Positions 12,124 to 25,598 of a stretch of DNA of 64,000 nt are shown here, piece by piece. The position numbers were made by a program, and so were the translations under genes. Origin of the DNA: Octopus vulgaris (taxonomy: Eukaryota); contig OX597828.1 of assembly GCA_951406725.2 (NCBI GenBank), positions 18,290,001-18,354,000 on the forward strand, in the 5' to 3' direction. The notes beneath the pieces were generated by a model. That model was not told the origin of the DNA. It worked only from the letters and a program-made list of their open reading frames with translations, and did not search any database. Every line of letters starts with the position of its first letter. Position 1 is the stretch's first letter.

Positions 12124-13431
12124 AAACCGATTGAACAGAGAGAATCATAAAGACGGTGGTAATCGTTCTGGCTCTCTGTCCTTTAAGTTAAAATCCCGAT
12201 GAGGTCAACCTTGCTTTTCATGCTTCCGTAGTGGACAAATAAATCCTATGTCCGGCCCCGGGTTTTTGATTACTCAGTTACTCTTCCACATTTGGTTGTG
12301 TTTCTTCTGGAAGAATTCGACTGTGGTCAGAGCTGGGAAGAATTAAACCCCACTAGACCTAAAATGCCTAATGCACATTGTACGTTGTATATCACCACCG
12401 GTCCTCTTATGAGTGCATCAAGTAGTTGAGGAATCAAAAGAAAGAAACGCATGGATGTGTATGCAGAAATGGCTTCCAAAAAGTTTTCCTTCTTCCAAAT
12501 TCCATTCCAAAGATATTGGCCAAGAGAAGTGTATAATACAAGACAATTGGCCAAAGTGCTGCATCGTAGGATCGAAATAGGAACCACCTGTTGTTACGTG
12601 GATTTCTTATCGACGGTGGTATGATATGTATGACAGAAGAAAAAAAATTATAAGACACACTTTCGATCTACGAAGAAAAACAACCGTTTTTTCGTTTCAT
12701 TATTTACTTCGACGAAGTAGTTTAAGGAACTTACTCAGGGCTCACCATTTTCTTTTTAACTTTAATATAAAATCCTTCTCTTAAAAGGCTTCACTATTTA
12801 TTGCAAATTCGTTTGCCGTATTTTTTTTTTGTGTGTGTATGTGTGTTTTGTTTAATGTATTGTTTGTTATATTTTCTTTTTTCATTTCTCTCATATACTC
12901 ATTTGATGGTTTTTGCAGCAGATTCCGGGAACAGCATTCTATTAGCAGAATAAAGCTATTTATATGCCCCACATATTTTATTCCTCAGTTTAATCCTTGC
13001 AAATCAATTGATAGTATTGGTAACGAATACGTATTCCTGCAAAACCATCTTGAAAAGAAAAATCCCTGTTTGGAAATCATCAAGGAACATTCCAGATTCG
13101 ATCATTTTATTTTCGTTTTCTCTCCTTTTCCCTTCTTTAATTCAACATTTATTTATGTTTATATTTTATATACATTTCATTTAATTTTTACTTATGCTAA
13201 TAATTTTACTTTGCTACTTTATTTCCTCTTTTCAAAATTACTGACATTCTTTATTCCAGCTCTTATTCTTCCAAAAGAATGCTAATTCTGCTTATCTTCA
13301 TGTCTCTCTCTCTCTCGCTCTCTGCTTACGTGTATTTCAGTTTGAAAAAAAGGCTCTTTTCTATTGAAGCAACAAAATGAACACATTCGTATGCGTATTT
13401 CAAAAAATATAAATATATATACATGCATACA

Positions 13432-13466
<35 letters not shown>

Positions 13467-13530
13467 ATATAAATATATATTAATATATATATATATATTT
13501 CAATGCAAGAATGTATACATGTATGTAATT

Positions 13531-13571
<41 letters not shown>

Positions 13572-13849
13572 CTATGTGTGGAGTTGAGTTCATCAATGTA
13601 TACGTATGTGTAATTTGTGTGTGTGTGTGTAATTGGATGTACGAATGTACGCATTGTATATGTCATTTTACTTTGTTTTCTTTTGTTTGTTTGCTTTTCT
13701 TTTTTTTTATTCCAGTAGTTTTTAGTTTTAATTTTGATTACCCTGCATTAACTTTGCTGGATGTCTTATTAAGTTTTAGATATATATAATCCCTTTCTCG
13801 ACTAAATTCTTATCTGAAATTGATTTCAAATTGAAATTTTCCTCCATTA

Positions 13850-13885
<36 letters not shown>

Positions 13886-14016
13886 TATACACAAACACAT
13901 ATATATATATATACATATACATAAACGCCTACACACATACGTATACATATATATAAACACATATATATATATATATATACATATATGTATGTGCATACTT
14001 CCTCACACGTATGTGC

Positions 14017-14067
<51 letters not shown>

Positions 14068-14070
14068 TAT

Positions 14071-14161
<91 letters not shown>

Positions 14162-14601
14162 TATATATACATATACATACGTCGTATTTGACATGTTTGT
14201 TTTGTTTCTAAATATTCTTTGTTTTTGTTTTAGTTCTTTTTTAATTATTTTATTTCCATATTTACTTTTTCTTTTTTTTTTTGTTTTTGTTTTTTTTTCG
14301 CATATTTAAAGATTCGTTGAGTTATTGGGTCTGCATTTATCGGGTGATGGATATTTTCATTTGGATCCATCAAAATGGCAGCAACATCAGTTTATGAAAT
14401 GAAACAATGGAAAGGAGAAAAAAAGAAAAAGCCCCCCCCCCCCAAAAAATAAATATATATATAATAATAAGCGAAAACCAACAGAAAAAAATTCACCAAA
14501 ACAAAAACAAAAAAAAACACCACTAAACAAACCATCATTTTTCGACTCCATTTTCGTTTCCGTTTTCATCATCTCCCATTCTGTTAAACATGTGTGTGTG
14601 T

Positions 14602-14643
<42 letters not shown>

Positions 14644-14863
14644 ATTTATGTATTTATTTATTATTAACAATAAATCAATCGCCTAGTTACGCATATATTC
14701 AATCCCCTATATTTATCAATGCAATTAGTTCTATTAAACAAACAAAGCCGTTACAGTTATTGCTACTATTAATTATATTGACCAAATTATGCTTACATTC
14801 TGTCGAACAATATTTATCGTCTGTAGTATTTATAGCAGTTTTCCATTTTTATTTTATCCCAAA

Positions 14864-14940
<77 letters not shown>

Positions 14941-14955
14941 GTATGTATGTATGTA

Positions 14956-14992
<37 letters not shown>

Positions 14993-15106
14993 ATATGTAT
15001 GTGCGTATATAGATATAATGAACTCGTCAAAGTATCCTGGTATTCTCTGATATTGTTCTGTGCTGAAAGCACATCACCGCTCCTTTTTCTACCAATACTT
15101 CATGTC

Positions 15107-15191
<85 letters not shown>

Positions 15192-15273
15192 GGTATATAT
15201 ATGTATGTATATATATGTATATATGTGTATATATGTATATATATATGTATATATATGCAAATATATATGTATG

Positions 15274-15338
<65 letters not shown>

Positions 15339-15373
15339 TGAAACACGCTCACGTATGAATATATGGGTGGGTG

Positions 15374-15408
<35 letters not shown>

Positions 15409-15626
15409 ATATATGTTTGTGTATGCATATGTATATATGTGTGTGAGTGTGTTTGCGTGTCTGTTTTGTGCATATATGCATGTGTTTGCGTGTTTGTGTT
15501 TGTGAGTGTGTGTGTGTGTGTATGTGCATGTGTGCGTAACTACATGTTCTCTTAACACATTCTATTGTTGAAGTGTCATTATCTGACACAAACGCGCGCG
15601 CACACACACACAGACACACACACACA

Positions 15627-15673
<47 letters not shown>

Positions 15674-15974
15674 TCCTGTCCTTTCGCTATGGTTCTGGTT
15701 ACAGTTATTAGTTTCGGATCGATTTTCTAAAAACAATAGCCATGCAGATGATGCTGTTGACAGTGATAATGGTGATGATACTGATTACGATGCTGGACGG
15801 GATATTCTAATGAAGAATCCCACAAAGCATTAAACGAGAAAAGCACCAAAGAAAATGCTGCCTGCACCCCGCCCGCCGGTTATCTTGGAAGAGTCCATTT
15901 CATATCAAGCAACAGTCTCTCTGTAAGACTTTTACAAGACGTTAAAAAGATGTACGTGTAGGGTAGGTTAATTT

Positions 15975-16308
15975 ACTACTACTACTACTACTATCTCTAT
16001 TACTACCACCACCACCACCACCACCACCACCACTACTACTACTTCTACTACTAGTGGTGATGGTGGTAGTTATGATAGTGGTAATAGTAGTAGTAGAGGT
16101 GGTGGTGGTGGTGGTGGTGGTAATGGTAGTGGTGGTGGTGATGGTAGAGGTAGTAGTAGTGGTGGTGGTAGTAGTAGTGGTAGTAGTAATAGTGATAGTG
16201 GTGTTGGTGGTAGTAGTGGTGGTGATGTGGTGGTATTAGTAATAATAGTAGTAGTGATGGCGGTGGTAGTGGTAGTGGGGGGTGATGGCGGTGATGGTGC
16301 TGCCGCTG

Positions 16309-16349
<41 letters not shown>

Positions 16350-16388
16350 GGTGCTGCCGCTGGTGGTAGTAGTAGTAGTAGCAGCAGC

Positions 16389-16436
<48 letters not shown>

Positions 16437-16440
16437 CATC
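15975..16440. repeat. Compound trinucleotide microsatellite (CTA/CCA, then GTA/GTG)
   Basis: Direct reading. Confidence 0.9.
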
Positions 16441-18146
16441 GAGCTTCATCTAGTGACACTATGAAGTTCCACAAATCCAAGATTAAGTTGGACGCTTCCA
16501 TTTCCGTCCCTGCTTATGCTCATTATCAGTTTTATGGTTCCCCCGTAATAGTGATAGTAGTAGTAGTAGTAAATTAACCTACCCTCACAACGTAACGGCA
16601 GACGAAATACCTCTAAGCATTTCGCCCGGCGTGCTAACGGTTCTGCCAGCTTGCCGCCAATAAGTAAACTTCTTACCACACAGCTACTTCGCTGCCAATA
16701 AGTAAACGTCTTTATTTTATCAAATTGGCCATGAAGGCCTTACAGAGAAGCAACGCGGGCTGGACATGTACATTAATGAAATGAAAATGACAAATACGAA
16801 TGATGTATATGGGAAGGGTATTCGGCGCCCGCAGACCGAACACCCTTCAAAATCACAGGTTCTTTAATTACATAAGTCAATCAAACATCAAAAATACACT
16901 ATCACTTTTCCCTTCCTCCTCTTTCCGGACCCCCAATAAAATATCTAGCCGCCTGCAAAGCAGACCGCGTTGACAGCTGGGAGTTCAGAAAGAAGAAGGC
17001 GAAGTGCCTTTTACCAAATGTTTGTGTCACACAGTGTCATAATTTATAACTCACGGGCTCCGCAGTTGCCCGCGAAGGCCACCTTGGACTGCTTGAGCAC
17101 GCCGAGAACACCCATTCTCGGTAGCCCAAGCCGCCCAAGTATTCATCGACAGCCCTCACCACCACCACCACCACCACCACCTCGAGGTAAAGGAGGATAA
17201 AATCCCCCTCCTCTTCAGGGTCTCTGTCTGCTCTGTCAGTGGCACAACTCCCACTGACAGGGCCTCACGCGCCGGTGGCACACATCCCACCGGCGCTCAG
17301 AAGTAGCTGTGTGGTAAGTTTACCACACAGCTACTTCTGCGCCTATTGTTGTTCGATATGAAGAATGGGTGCGCAAGAAGACAAACAAGTTAGAGTCACC
17401 CTTGTTTAGAGCGTCCAAATCTCAGCTACAACAAAATGCTGACTACGTAGACACAGCGAGACAATTGTGCGCAAGTTAAACTTATTACTTTACCGCCTCC
17501 GTCCATGGTTAGCTGTAACAATAAATAGAACTTAATACTAAGGCCGCAAGTAATAAACCTGATGGTTCGATTTTTTAAAATATTTTGTTTTTATATCTCA
17601 CTGCCATAATGCATGCATTCTCTAAACTTTATAAAGTTAGTTAAATATATAATTATAATTAGTCAAATAATTTTTTATTTCACAAATTAAATTTAATTGC
17701 CATGTAAATTGAATTAAAGAAAGAATAAAAACAATATTGTAAAAATGAATCTTGAAATATAAAAAAAAATATGTTGCATACTCCTGTAATGAAGGAAGGA
17801 AGGCAAGGTGTATGAAATATTTAGTGTTATCACAGCCACTCACAGATAATCACTAACATGCACACATACACACATACACGCTCACACACACACACACACA
17901 CACATGCGCACACACACTTACACGTGTATACATACACACAAGTAATGAACATGGCATCGCCATTATAGTTCCGTATGATTTATTAAGTCTATCAAATTAA
18001 TTTCATGAACCTGTGGATGAGTTCGTAATTGGTCTGAATATTTCCCATCATTCTTTGTAGGAGATTTGTTTGGTTACTTGTAACAACAACAACAACGAAA
18101 GCTGCAAATATGAATATTTTATGCTTTATTTCATGATTTCAGGAAA

Positions 18147-18310
18147 GTGTGAGTTAGCTGGTTGATAGAGTATCAAAAATCGGTTCAAAGAGACAAGAGT
18201 TCAAATCCGATCAGAGTTGCAGTACCATGACGTAAGATTCTACTGTCTTTCATATTTCCTCTAGTTATCTGAACTTTGAAGAATGTGCTCTGTCCGAAAC
18301 GTTAGCTGTT
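18147..18310 (+). mobile_element. Decayed tRNA-like head followed by a hammerhead-like motif
   Basis: TAGCTGGTTGATAGAG (A-box-like), GAGTTCAAATCC (B box, 18197-18208), then AACT-TTGAAGAA...GTCC-GAAACGTT-AGCT. Confidence 0.4.
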
Positions 18311-18741
18311 CTTCTCACCGCGCTAATTTCAGCGCACTCTTTCTGTCACATTTTCTAAGCAATACTAGTCTTCCTGATGCTGTCCGACACCAGCCTTTTA
18401 CGAATGTATAGATATATGATCTATAGATATGTGTACACACGCATAAACCGAGACAACCAACGGCACGGAGAGGGGCTAATTTCGTCTTCAACAAATCTGG
18501 TTGATTTGTACACCTCACTTCTTTATATGCTTGTAAAAATATATGAATTAACTCTATATTCGTTTTTTGTCTTCTTCACATGAAATTTGCATCATCGCCA
18601 ATTACATGTGTGCACGTTCGATTTCATATACATACATATATATATATGTGTGTGTGTGTGTATATTGTGTGTGTGTGTTTATGTATGCATGTATGTATGG
18701 ATGGATGGATAGAAAATCAAATATATATACATATGCATACG

Positions 18742-18773
<32 letters not shown>

Positions 18774-19504
18774 AGTGTGTGTGTGTGTGTGTATGTGTGT
18801 GTGTGTGCGTGTGTGTGTGTGTGTGTGTGATGCATGCGTTTGTGAACAGCAGCGTCTTTGAATATCTGTGATTCCAACGGGCCTAGAAATGGTTCACTGC
18901 TTCCTTCTGATTATCTTTAATGATTAGCTTCGATGTTTTCGAACTATAATTTTCATGAAATGTTCGATGACATCGATCGATTGTCTCTTGACTGAATTCT
19001 TACACCATTTCCTTTCTCTCTCTGTCTATCGAGGCATATGAACGCCTCTGGGTGAGATTTAAACAAAACTGTTCACCGGAGCATTACTTTCAGATGTGTT
19101 ATGTATCAATATTTTGCTGTGCCATCCTGTAGTCACCCACCCCCTGATAAAACTGTAATTACAATAATCCGGTTTCGCTTCGTGCTTGAGTTATTTCATA
19201 TCAGCTTGCTTTCCATTTTTAGTATGTTTATTTTTTCGCTTTTTTTTCCCATTTGTATTTTGTTTTCATCTGACACGATCGTTATTCTCATTGCTGTCAA
19301 GATCCAGGTCATCCTTGCTTCAGCCTACCTGCTGCAAAGATGATCTTCTCGTGATCAACCTGTCTTTTTATAACCATTGTTAGAATCCAGATTTCTCTTT
19401 TCTTTCTCAGACATTATCACTCTGACTGCGTTACCTAATATGGGCTTGTTATGTATTTTGTTTCTGTTTTCATATTGCATCGTATAATTTATATGAGAAT
19501 GGAG

Positions 19505-19640
19505 TTGCAATGTTTAGGAAGTTAAGTAACCACATAGAGCTTCCTGTACTGGTGTCTTTTATGTCTGAAACCTGCTTAGCCGAGATAAGGACTTCTTCTT
19601 GCTCCTTAAATATACAAAAACGAAAGCTAAGAGAATGTGA
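19505..19640 (+). mobile_element. Possible decayed hAT transposase C-terminal remnant
   Basis: FRKLSNHIELPVLVSFMSETCLAEIRTSSCSLNIQKRKLR loosely resembles the hAT dimerisation motif (FP.L...A..L.PF.STYLCE.GFS.L..IK.K.R). Confidence 0.3.
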
Positions 19641-20444
19641 CAGTGCAACTTTGATTTTTATGTATGTACAAGGTTTTCGAGCAAAATTAGCCAGTTTGCA
19701 TAAAATATAATTTCTAAAAATCAATAATTATCAACTAGATTATGGCTGGTTTATAACACTTTACTCCTCAGCTTCCACCACGACCTCAAGAGGGCTCAAG
19801 AACTTTAGCTTTCATCAATCCTGGAATTGATAAATCGAAGAACAAGGCAAATACTGAGATCGATGGCATCCACTAATCTTTCCCTTTCACATTGCTTGTC
19901 TTATACCTCAATCAGAAACCAAAGACGGCAAGCTGGTAGAATCGTTAGAGGCGGACAAACCGCTTTGTAGCATTTATTCCGGCGCTTTAGCGCTCTGAAA
20001 TCGATTCCCACCAAAACCAAGTTCGGCATTTTGTTCTTTCAGATTGGTAACATAAAGTACGAACGTTGGAAATAAGCTTTGTAGTATTTCTTCCGGATCT
20101 TTACGTTTTGAGTTCAAGCCCATCCGAGGTCAGCTTTACCTTTCATCGTTTCGGGGACGATAAAATAAAGTACCAGCCAAGTCGAAGGTACCGACTAAGC
20201 GCACCCCGCAAAACTGCTGGTCCTATGCTTCAATCAAAATCTAAATAATGCGATGAGATCGAAGAATCGCTGGCCGAATCAGAAAATATTCTTTGCCATT
20301 TTTGTTCCAGTTCTTTTGTTCCGGTTCTTTTCAAAGTACATCGCAAATACTGTGCTTCATGTGATCTGCTGACCTCCGCTCCATAAAATTGTCAGCCTTC
20401 AACCACAATTTGAAACCAGTGGTGTTATAATTGGCGACAATAAA

Positions 20445-20870
20445 GGCGGCGAGCTGGCAGAAACGTTAGCACGCCGGACGAAATGCTTAGCAGGATTTCG
20501 TCTGCCGCTACGTTCTGAGTTCAAATTCCGCCGAGGTCGACTCTGCCTTTCATCCGTTCGGGGTCGATAAATTAAGTACCAGTTACGCACTGGGGTCGAT
20601 GTGATCGACTTAATCCGTTTGCCTGTCCTTGTTTGTCCTCTCTGTGTTTAGCCCCGTGTGGGCAGTAAAATAAATAGGTATTTCCTCTGCCGTTACGTTC
20701 TGAGTTCAAATTCTGCCGAAGTCGACTTTACTTTTCATCCTTAGGGTATTCCGATTTTACCTTTCATCCTTCGGGATCGATAAAATTAGTATCAGTTGAA
20801 CACTGGGGTCGATGTGATTGACTCATTCCCCCCTCCCACAAGCTGCCGTTGTGGCAAAGACTTGAAATAA
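20445..20870 (+). mobile_element. SINE family A, near-consensus copy plus partial duplicate
   Basis: GGCGGCGAGCTGGCAGAAACGTTAGCACGCC...TTGTCCTCTCTGTGTTTAGCCCC... Confidence 0.9.
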
Positions 20871-21034
20871 TTATTGTCAGCAATAGTGATGGTGATGGTG
20901 ATGGTGGAGGTTGTGATGGTGATGGGTTTTTTTCCTATACTTATGTAATTTTGAGGATTTTTTTTTTTTTGTATACCGTATCACTAATGAAGTTACTATC
21001 GAAGCTGTACGGGTTATGGATTTTCGTATTATTC

Positions 21035-21192
21035 TATCAGCAGCAGCAGCAGCAACAACAGCAGCGACATGATGATGATGATCATCATTATCATCATCAT
21101 CGCCATTATCAATATAATCGTCATCGCTTATGTCGTCTTCATTGTTATCGCCTCACTAATGTTATTGCCATCAATAAGGCTACTGCTGCTTT

Positions 21193-21231
<39 letters not shown>

Positions 21232-21235
21232 AACA

Positions 21236-21273
<38 letters not shown>

Positions 21274-21565
21274 AACTACTACTATTACTACTACTGTCGC
21301 TACAGCTGCTGCTGCTACAACGTCTATATCTCGTATTATTGCAATCAATTCAACTGCTACAGTTACTACCGTTTGGTGATGGTGATTATGATAATGATGA
21401 TGAAGAGGAAGGGGAGGAGGGGGGAGTGGGATCGAGAGGAGCAAGGAGGAAGAAGAAGGGCTGGATAAGGAAGTTGTTACTAAAGAGACTGATGATCATC
21501 GTTATTTTCCATCCTCATCCTCCCCCTCATTGTCATCATGAAAACAGCGATGACAATAACGACGG

Positions 21566-21597
<32 letters not shown>

Positions 21598-22680
21598 ATG
21601 ATGACGACGACGATGATGATGATGATGATGTCGGTCACTAAGAGGACGATGATGTCGATGATGATGATAATGGCGATGATGATGATGATGATGACGATGA
21701 TGATGATGATGATGATGATGAGGAGGAGGAGGAGGAGGAGGAGGAGGAGGGGATATTGGCTATGGGGACGTTGATGATAATGGTGGTGATGAGGAGGCGA
21801 ATGATGTGTATGATGTTGATAATGATGATATTTATGATGGGTATGATGATCATGGCGACGACGACAACTATGTAATCAATGACAATGTAATTAGGCAGGT
21901 AGTTTTCGGTGCAAAAGCTTGATCTGGGGATGAAGATAGTGTTGGTGATGATGATGATGACGATGACGACTACGACAATGGTGATGATAGTGGTGATGAT
22001 GGTGGTGATGATGGTGATGATGGTGGTGGTGGTGATGATGATAGTAGTAATGATGATGATGATGCGCAAAATGATAGCCCAGATGATGATGACGACGGCG
22101 ACAATTATGATTATGTTGATGATGGTAATGACTATGGTGATAATGATGATGATGATGACGACGACGACATCGACGACGATGAGGAGGAGGAGAAGGAGGA
22201 GAAGGAGGAGGGAGTGAAAGAAGAAGAGAGAGGAGGAGGAGGAAGAAGAAGAAGAAGAAGAAGAAGAAGAAGAAAAAGGAGAAGAAGAAGCAGAAGAAGA
22301 AGAAGAAGAAGAAGAAGAAGAAAAAGAAGAAGAAGCAGAAGAAGAAGAAGAAGAAGAAAAAGAAGAAGAAGAAGAAGAAGAAGAAGAAGAAGAAGAAGAA
22401 CAACAACAAGAAGAACAAGAAGAAGAAGAAGAAGAAGAAGAAGAAGAAGAAGAAGAAGAAGAAGAAGAAGAAGAAGAAGAAGAAGAAGAAGAAGAAGAAG
22501 AAGAAGAAGAAGAAGAAGAAGAAGAAGAAGAAGAAGAAGAAGGAAAAAAAAGATGCCTGCCTATAGCGCCAATGATGGAGATGGCATCGCCGACGTGTAC
22601 GACGGCGACGACGACGACGACGATAAGCATCGACGTCGACGGCGACGGCCACGACGAAGCCGCCGCCGCCGCTGCCGAAA
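21035..22680. repeat. Large compound trinucleotide block (CAG, CTA, GAT, GAG, ~300 bp of GAA, GAC)
   Basis: Direct reading. Confidence 0.92.
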
Positions 22681-23441
22681 ATACGACGAGATGATCAATG
22701 ACAATGTAATTAGACAGTCAGTTTTCTGAGCAACAGCTTAATAAACAATTCATCAATGCGTAATATTTCATCGTTTCCTTAACCATCACTGACGATACCA
22801 TAGAAAAGCTGACAGTAACATCGTGCTGCCTCAGGTCAGAGCGTTTCAAATCAGACAAGATAGATTTCCAAAATGACTTCTTCAAATGAAGCATTTATTA
22901 TTTATTAAAACGACACCAGCGCTTTAAAAATATTTTAATGTTTTAGTTATAATATATTACTCAGATTTCATAAGGTTCTTAATCTTCTTCTCTCTTTCTT
23001 AATCTTATTATTTTTGTTGATTTTGTTTTCTGTTTTGTGCTTTGTGCTTTGTTCATGGTGTGTTTTGTAGGGCTTTGCCTTGATTTTTTTTTTCGGGTGA
23101 TGCGGTAATGGTGGTGGTTGTGGTGGTGGTGGTGGTGGTGGTAAGGGGTTAGAGGTTGGATTTTATTTTTTTCAATTTTTGAAAAATATTTGTTTTGGGT
23201 TGTATGTTTTGTTGCGTTTTGTTTTTGTGTTTTGTTTGTTTCTTGGTCTTGGTGTTAATGTTTTTGTTGTTGTTGTTGTTGTTGTTGTTGTGATTATTGC
23301 TGTTATTGTTGCTGCCGCTGTTGTAGTTGTTGCTCTTGTTGTTGCTTGGGTTCCTTGCTTGTTTTTTGTTTTTTTTTTTGTCTTTTAAATTAGGAACGTC
23401 GTTTCATATTTATGAAGGTTGAAATGGAGGAAGCTGGCGAA

Positions 23442-23478
<37 letters not shown>

Positions 23479-23809
23479 GGAAGGAAATAAAACTGAGAAA
23501 ATAAAAAGCATATAAACAAGGAGAAAAAGAAAGAAAAGAAAAGAAAAGAGGAGAAAGAAGCAAGCTACACTGAGAAGAAAATTTTGTAGGGGAACGAATT
23601 AACTCAAGCGACTCTTCCATTCTACTTCCACTCCCACCCCGCTCCGTCACTCCCCTTCTTTCTCAGGCTTTCTCTCTCTACTTAGCAATGTATCTCACTG
23701 TCAGTCCATCAATTTATGTTCCGATCAATCGGACTATGTATCAATTAATCTATCTACCCATCTATCCATTTATTTGTGACTCTATCTATCTGTCCGCCTA
23801 TCAATAATT

Positions 23810-23882
23810 ATGTCTATCTATCTATCTATATATCTATCTATCTATCTATCTATCAATCAATCTATATATCTATCTATCTATA

Positions 23883-23918
<36 letters not shown>

Positions 23919-23955
23919 CATCCATCTATCTATCTATCCATCTATCTATCTATCC

Positions 23956-23986
<31 letters not shown>

Positions 23987-24048
23987 CATCCATCTACCTA
24001 TCTATCTATCTATCTATCCATCTATCCATCTATCTATCTATCTATCTA

Positions 24049-24098
<50 letters not shown>

Positions 24099-24110
24099 AC
24101 TATCTATTTA
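23810..24110. repeat. (TATC)n tetranucleotide microsatellite
   Basis: Direct reading. Confidence 0.92.
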
Positions 24111-24343
24111 TCTATCTCTCTATATGTCTGTCTGTCTCTCTGTCAGTCTATTTATCTATCTATCTATCTAACTATTGATCGATCGATCCGTCAATTTATC
24201 TGACTATCTCTCAAGCTATCTATCTACCTATCAGTCTATCGATCTATCTATCTTTCTGTATCTCAATCTATTTAACTATCAATCTATCAATCTATCTCCC
24301 TACCTATGCATCGATTTCTCGATTTATCTTTTTATCTCTCTCA

Positions 24344-24400
<57 letters not shown>

Positions 24401-24595
24401 TTATAAATAAGGGCAAACGAAAAAATTTCTAATGCCAAATATGCCGAAATTAGACACATTGTCCATAACCATAAATTTTTTACTATACGCACGCTACTCG
24501 AAAAAAGGTCGACAGAAATTTCTAAAAAATTCCATTATTACCATATCGGACCGATTTCATGGTTAGTTCATTTTTTCGAGAAAATGTTATCCTAC

Positions 24596-24707
<112 letters not shown>

Positions 24708-24985
24708 TCTATCTATGAATCTATCTGTCTATCGCCAGTAAAATTTAATGTTATGTTAATATATTGAATTTTACGATAACGAACCATGATACAGTCTTTC
24801 ATAGGATGTGAACTCAGAACCATCAAGTGAGTATAATTTTACCCTGAGATCTGAGATCTATTTTTTAGTTTTTAACTGCGCAAAATTTACACGCACTCAC
24901 ATGCACACATGCACATACAAATACACACATTTGCACATACAGACACACACACACACACACATATATTTATATAATAATGCTTTGT

Positions 24986-25298
24986 TGTGTATGGGGAGAG
25001 CCATTTTCTTTTTGTGCCTTATGATTTAACAAACTCACCGGTAAAATTTTCACTTATTCCTTTTTTTCCCCTAAAATTTTCGTTGCGTCTTGCAACCTTT
25101 TCAATAATCTAGACTATTAATGATTTGAATTGATGTCGCTAGCATATTAATAACATAAATAAGAGTGAAGACAAACTGAAAACGTTGTAAGACGCAACGA
25201 ATATTTCAGGAAAATAAAAGTAAGAACTAAGTGGAAATTTTACCGGTGAGAGTGTTAAATTATAAGGCACAAAAATAAAATGACTCTCCCCAGACACA
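24986..25298. mobile_element. Foldback (inverted-repeat) element with ~120-bp arms
   Basis: GGGGAGAGCCATTTTCTTTTTGTGCCTTATGATTTAACAAACTCACCGGTAAAATT mirrored by AATTTTACCGGTGAGAGTGTTAAATTATAAGGCACAAAAATAAAATGACTCTCCCC. Confidence 0.8.
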
Positions 25299-25516
25299 TC
25301 AGAATATGCTTCAACACACGAAGTCACATAAAGAATCTTGCAAACAAAATCCAAAAACGAAATATAATAATGTTTGTCTTTAGATATATTTTTTATTTTT
25401 TACTTTTTTTACTTTTTTTTACTTTTTTTTTTACTTTTTTTTACTTTTTATTAAAATTTAATGTATTGATTAAGTCTTTCCTTGTTTGTTTTGCAAAATA
25501 GTGGTTTTGTCTCTAA

Positions 25517-25598
<82 letters not shown>

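Noticed and set aside
17185-17220. Minus-strand CTGAAGA-GGAGG...CCTCC as a hammerhead
   Set aside because: The required GAAA core after stem II is absent.
17828-17838. miR-2-like TATCACAGCCA
   Set aside because: Only 11 nt match and no convincing precursor hairpin.
18143-18165. Resemblance to miR-34 (AGTGTGAGTTAGCTGGTTG)
   Set aside because: Seed differs, no complementary arm, and it fits better as a tRNA-like A box.
21638-22729. 330-aa, 253-aa and 171-aa ORFs (poly-S, poly-F, poly-R)
   Set aside because: Trinucleotide repeats open in several frames on both strands.
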